Source of the DNA: Nemertoderma westbladi
Lineage: Eukaryota > Animalia > Xenacoelomorpha
Assembly (NCBI GenBank): GCA_032718475.1
Contig: JAUCBJ010006039.1
Coordinates: 21,680 to 85,679, forward strand
Reading direction: 5' to 3'
DNA length: 64,000 nt
A program made the translations under genes and the position numbers. Positions 61,760 to 64,000 of the stretch are shown here, piece by piece (within the stretch, counting starts at the first letter, position 1; the number at the start of each line of letters is the position of its first letter). Below the pieces are notes generated by a model that was not told the origin of the DNA, did not search any database, and saw only the letters and a program-made list of their open reading frames with translations.

Positions 61760-64000
61760 TTAAAAGTTACCACCATAACCCACAACCTTAATCAGTATAA
61801 TTGAAAAGATTGGGCTCTTAACTTCGTACCTTTAAGCACAGCGTCGCGGTGTTTTATGTAGAGTGGCGCAGAATCAGTGGACCTATACGGCTGTAAATAC
61901 CCCAATTCCCTTGCCCATGTTGTTTGGGGTAACTGCCCCATTGTTCTCTTTCGGTGAGAAACTAACAAGGGTTTTTTTTCCTGCAATAATAATCATACGA
62001 CATTACATACTGATATTCTTGTGGTAAAAGTGTTCGGCCAGTTTAAATGGCCGATTTTATATAAAGGCCTGTCGAAATATATAAGGATCCAAACCATAGC
62101 TGTGCGTTAGCTAGTCCATTTGAAGCATTCATGCGGCTATTAAACCAGTAAGTGTTTTCCTACAGTGTTATATTACTGCAGAGGTGTGTAGTGTAGCCAC
62201 TGTGGGGCGAGCGACGAAAGTAAGCGAGCTTAGCATACAGGTACCACTAACTCAATCGGTGTGTCTATGGTTCTGTTGTGTCCAATTTTAAACGTTAATA
62301 ACTCAGCCAAATGTTAATGAAATTTAACCAAACTTGGTACACATGTAGTCTGGCCAAAGTTTAGAAATTTCCGTGTGGCCTTCGAGAAGCTAAGATAATA
62401 GCAGTTAATTAGTTAATTAAGTTGATTAGGGTAAAAACAGCAATTTCAACCTGCCTCTTAAAGGATATTAATTATTTGCTAGTATAAGATTTAAATAATT
62501 ATACTTAAAAATTATATAACTGCATTTCCCAAACCCCATTCCATTATAGTTTTTAATTAGTTCAAGAGATTTGCTTTATAATGTGTTTTTAATTGATCTA
62601 AACGTAATTAAGTTAAAATGCATTCCATCACTCTATACTTCCAGTCTCATCATTCCTTGGCATTCTTGATATTGCCTATTAGATGGGAAACACGTTCGTA
62701 GGGGCATCGCGCAGGACGAGGGTCAGTTATTAGATACAAATTAAAATTGAGCAATTCTATCCCAAAATCGGTACTTAAGAAATTTAAATAAACAATTAAG
62801 AAAATTTAACCAAACTTTTACTTTAAAAAAACTTTCGCATTGGCAGCTTGCTGGCTTGGCATCGATGTCATAGAAGTCCACAGTCAAACTACTCAAAAAA
62901 ATTCGAAGGATTCTTCAGTCCTCGGGTCTCGCTCATCGGTTAGTCCAGTTTGCCCGTAGCGCTAGCGCAGTAGCGATACCAAAAGGGTCGCCAACGACAC
63001 TGCGACAGACAGAGGCGGTGGCCTTGATGGCGAGTTGCTTGAGTACCGGTACAATTCCAAAGCGTTGCTGGGTATTGCAGTATTGGGCTGTTGGGGTACC
63101 TAGTGCAGTAGTGGATACCGGGACATGGAATAAAGGTCAGCTGGTACAACCTGACAATATGTCAGTCTGTCTTAAGTCCGCATAATTTGAAAACTTCCAT
63201 GGCTGCATGATTGCCGTTGCCGAGCATGATTGGTGGGTGGCGCCAACGACCTGAAGACGGTACCGGTAACTCCGTACCACTGTAACAGTACCGGTACCGT
63301 ACTGTAAAACATAGGCCTATGTTTAGGCCTAATAAGATTAAGGTGCCGTACCAGTACATGATATGGCTGAATAGTCGCGATATCGCAATTCAGACATCAC
63401 TCAGGCAATTGCAGGACTCCTCTACCCTACCGCACGTACTGTACCAATACTTAGATAATGCAGTAGTAGTACCAAACTGACTGACTGACCACCAGCCTAG
63501 AAAGCTAGGCCTACCACATACAGCAACAGCAGTGAGCAGTGCCGGTAGCCTACTGAGTACAGGCATCTCATGGTACTCTGCAATCTGGAAATGCTGGAAT
63601 GGCTGAAAGTGAAATAGGCCAACCGCACTTCTCAATGCCACATTATTGCTGCATTGTATCGGTATTGCTGAATTTTAAACCCACCTGATATATCCTGCAG
63701 TCTCCTAGCAACCAGCTGATGCCAAGCCTAATAATTTTTGGATAGATAAATTTATTATAACTGCAAGACAGTTACACAGATGCTGCACGAAAACGCGAAA
63801 ACGCAAATAACAGCTGATTATTCTCAAAAATAAAACGGTAACTATTGTGCTTAGTTTATTGTTTTGGTTAAAATAACGTGCCACTGTAACCTGCTCCTTT
63901 CCCTAAATTTAGAATTTAACATTGAGGCGGGTTTTGCGTCCAGTTCCAATATAATGTAATGCAACCAATATAATGTACGTACATGTACATGTACAAGCCT

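Overview
AT-rich eukaryotic (animal, probably invertebrate) genomic DNA; over half of it is tandem repeat. The one host gene I can support is a six-exon ITM2/BRI2-like type II membrane BRICHOS gene on the + strand (CDS 15736-56237, 957 nt, 318 aa). All five GT-AG introns join in frame. The predicted protein ends in a furin site (RRRR) and a cysteine-free 23-aa peptide. Intron 4 (29.5 kb) holds about 347 copies of a 67-bp satellite. Two elements are inserted in that satellite: a TTAA-targeting Kolobok-like MITE and a 3.16-kb foldback/Mutator-like element with a 9-bp TSD. Other content: a deleted BEL/Pao retrotransposon end, 39-, 40-, 47-, 21-, 33- and 42-bp tandem arrays, hAT-, MULE- and piggyBac-like non-autonomous elements, and many TA-N3/4-TA micro-insertions resembling transposon excision footprints. 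Almost all long ORFs in the track are repeat artefacts. There is no CRISPR array.
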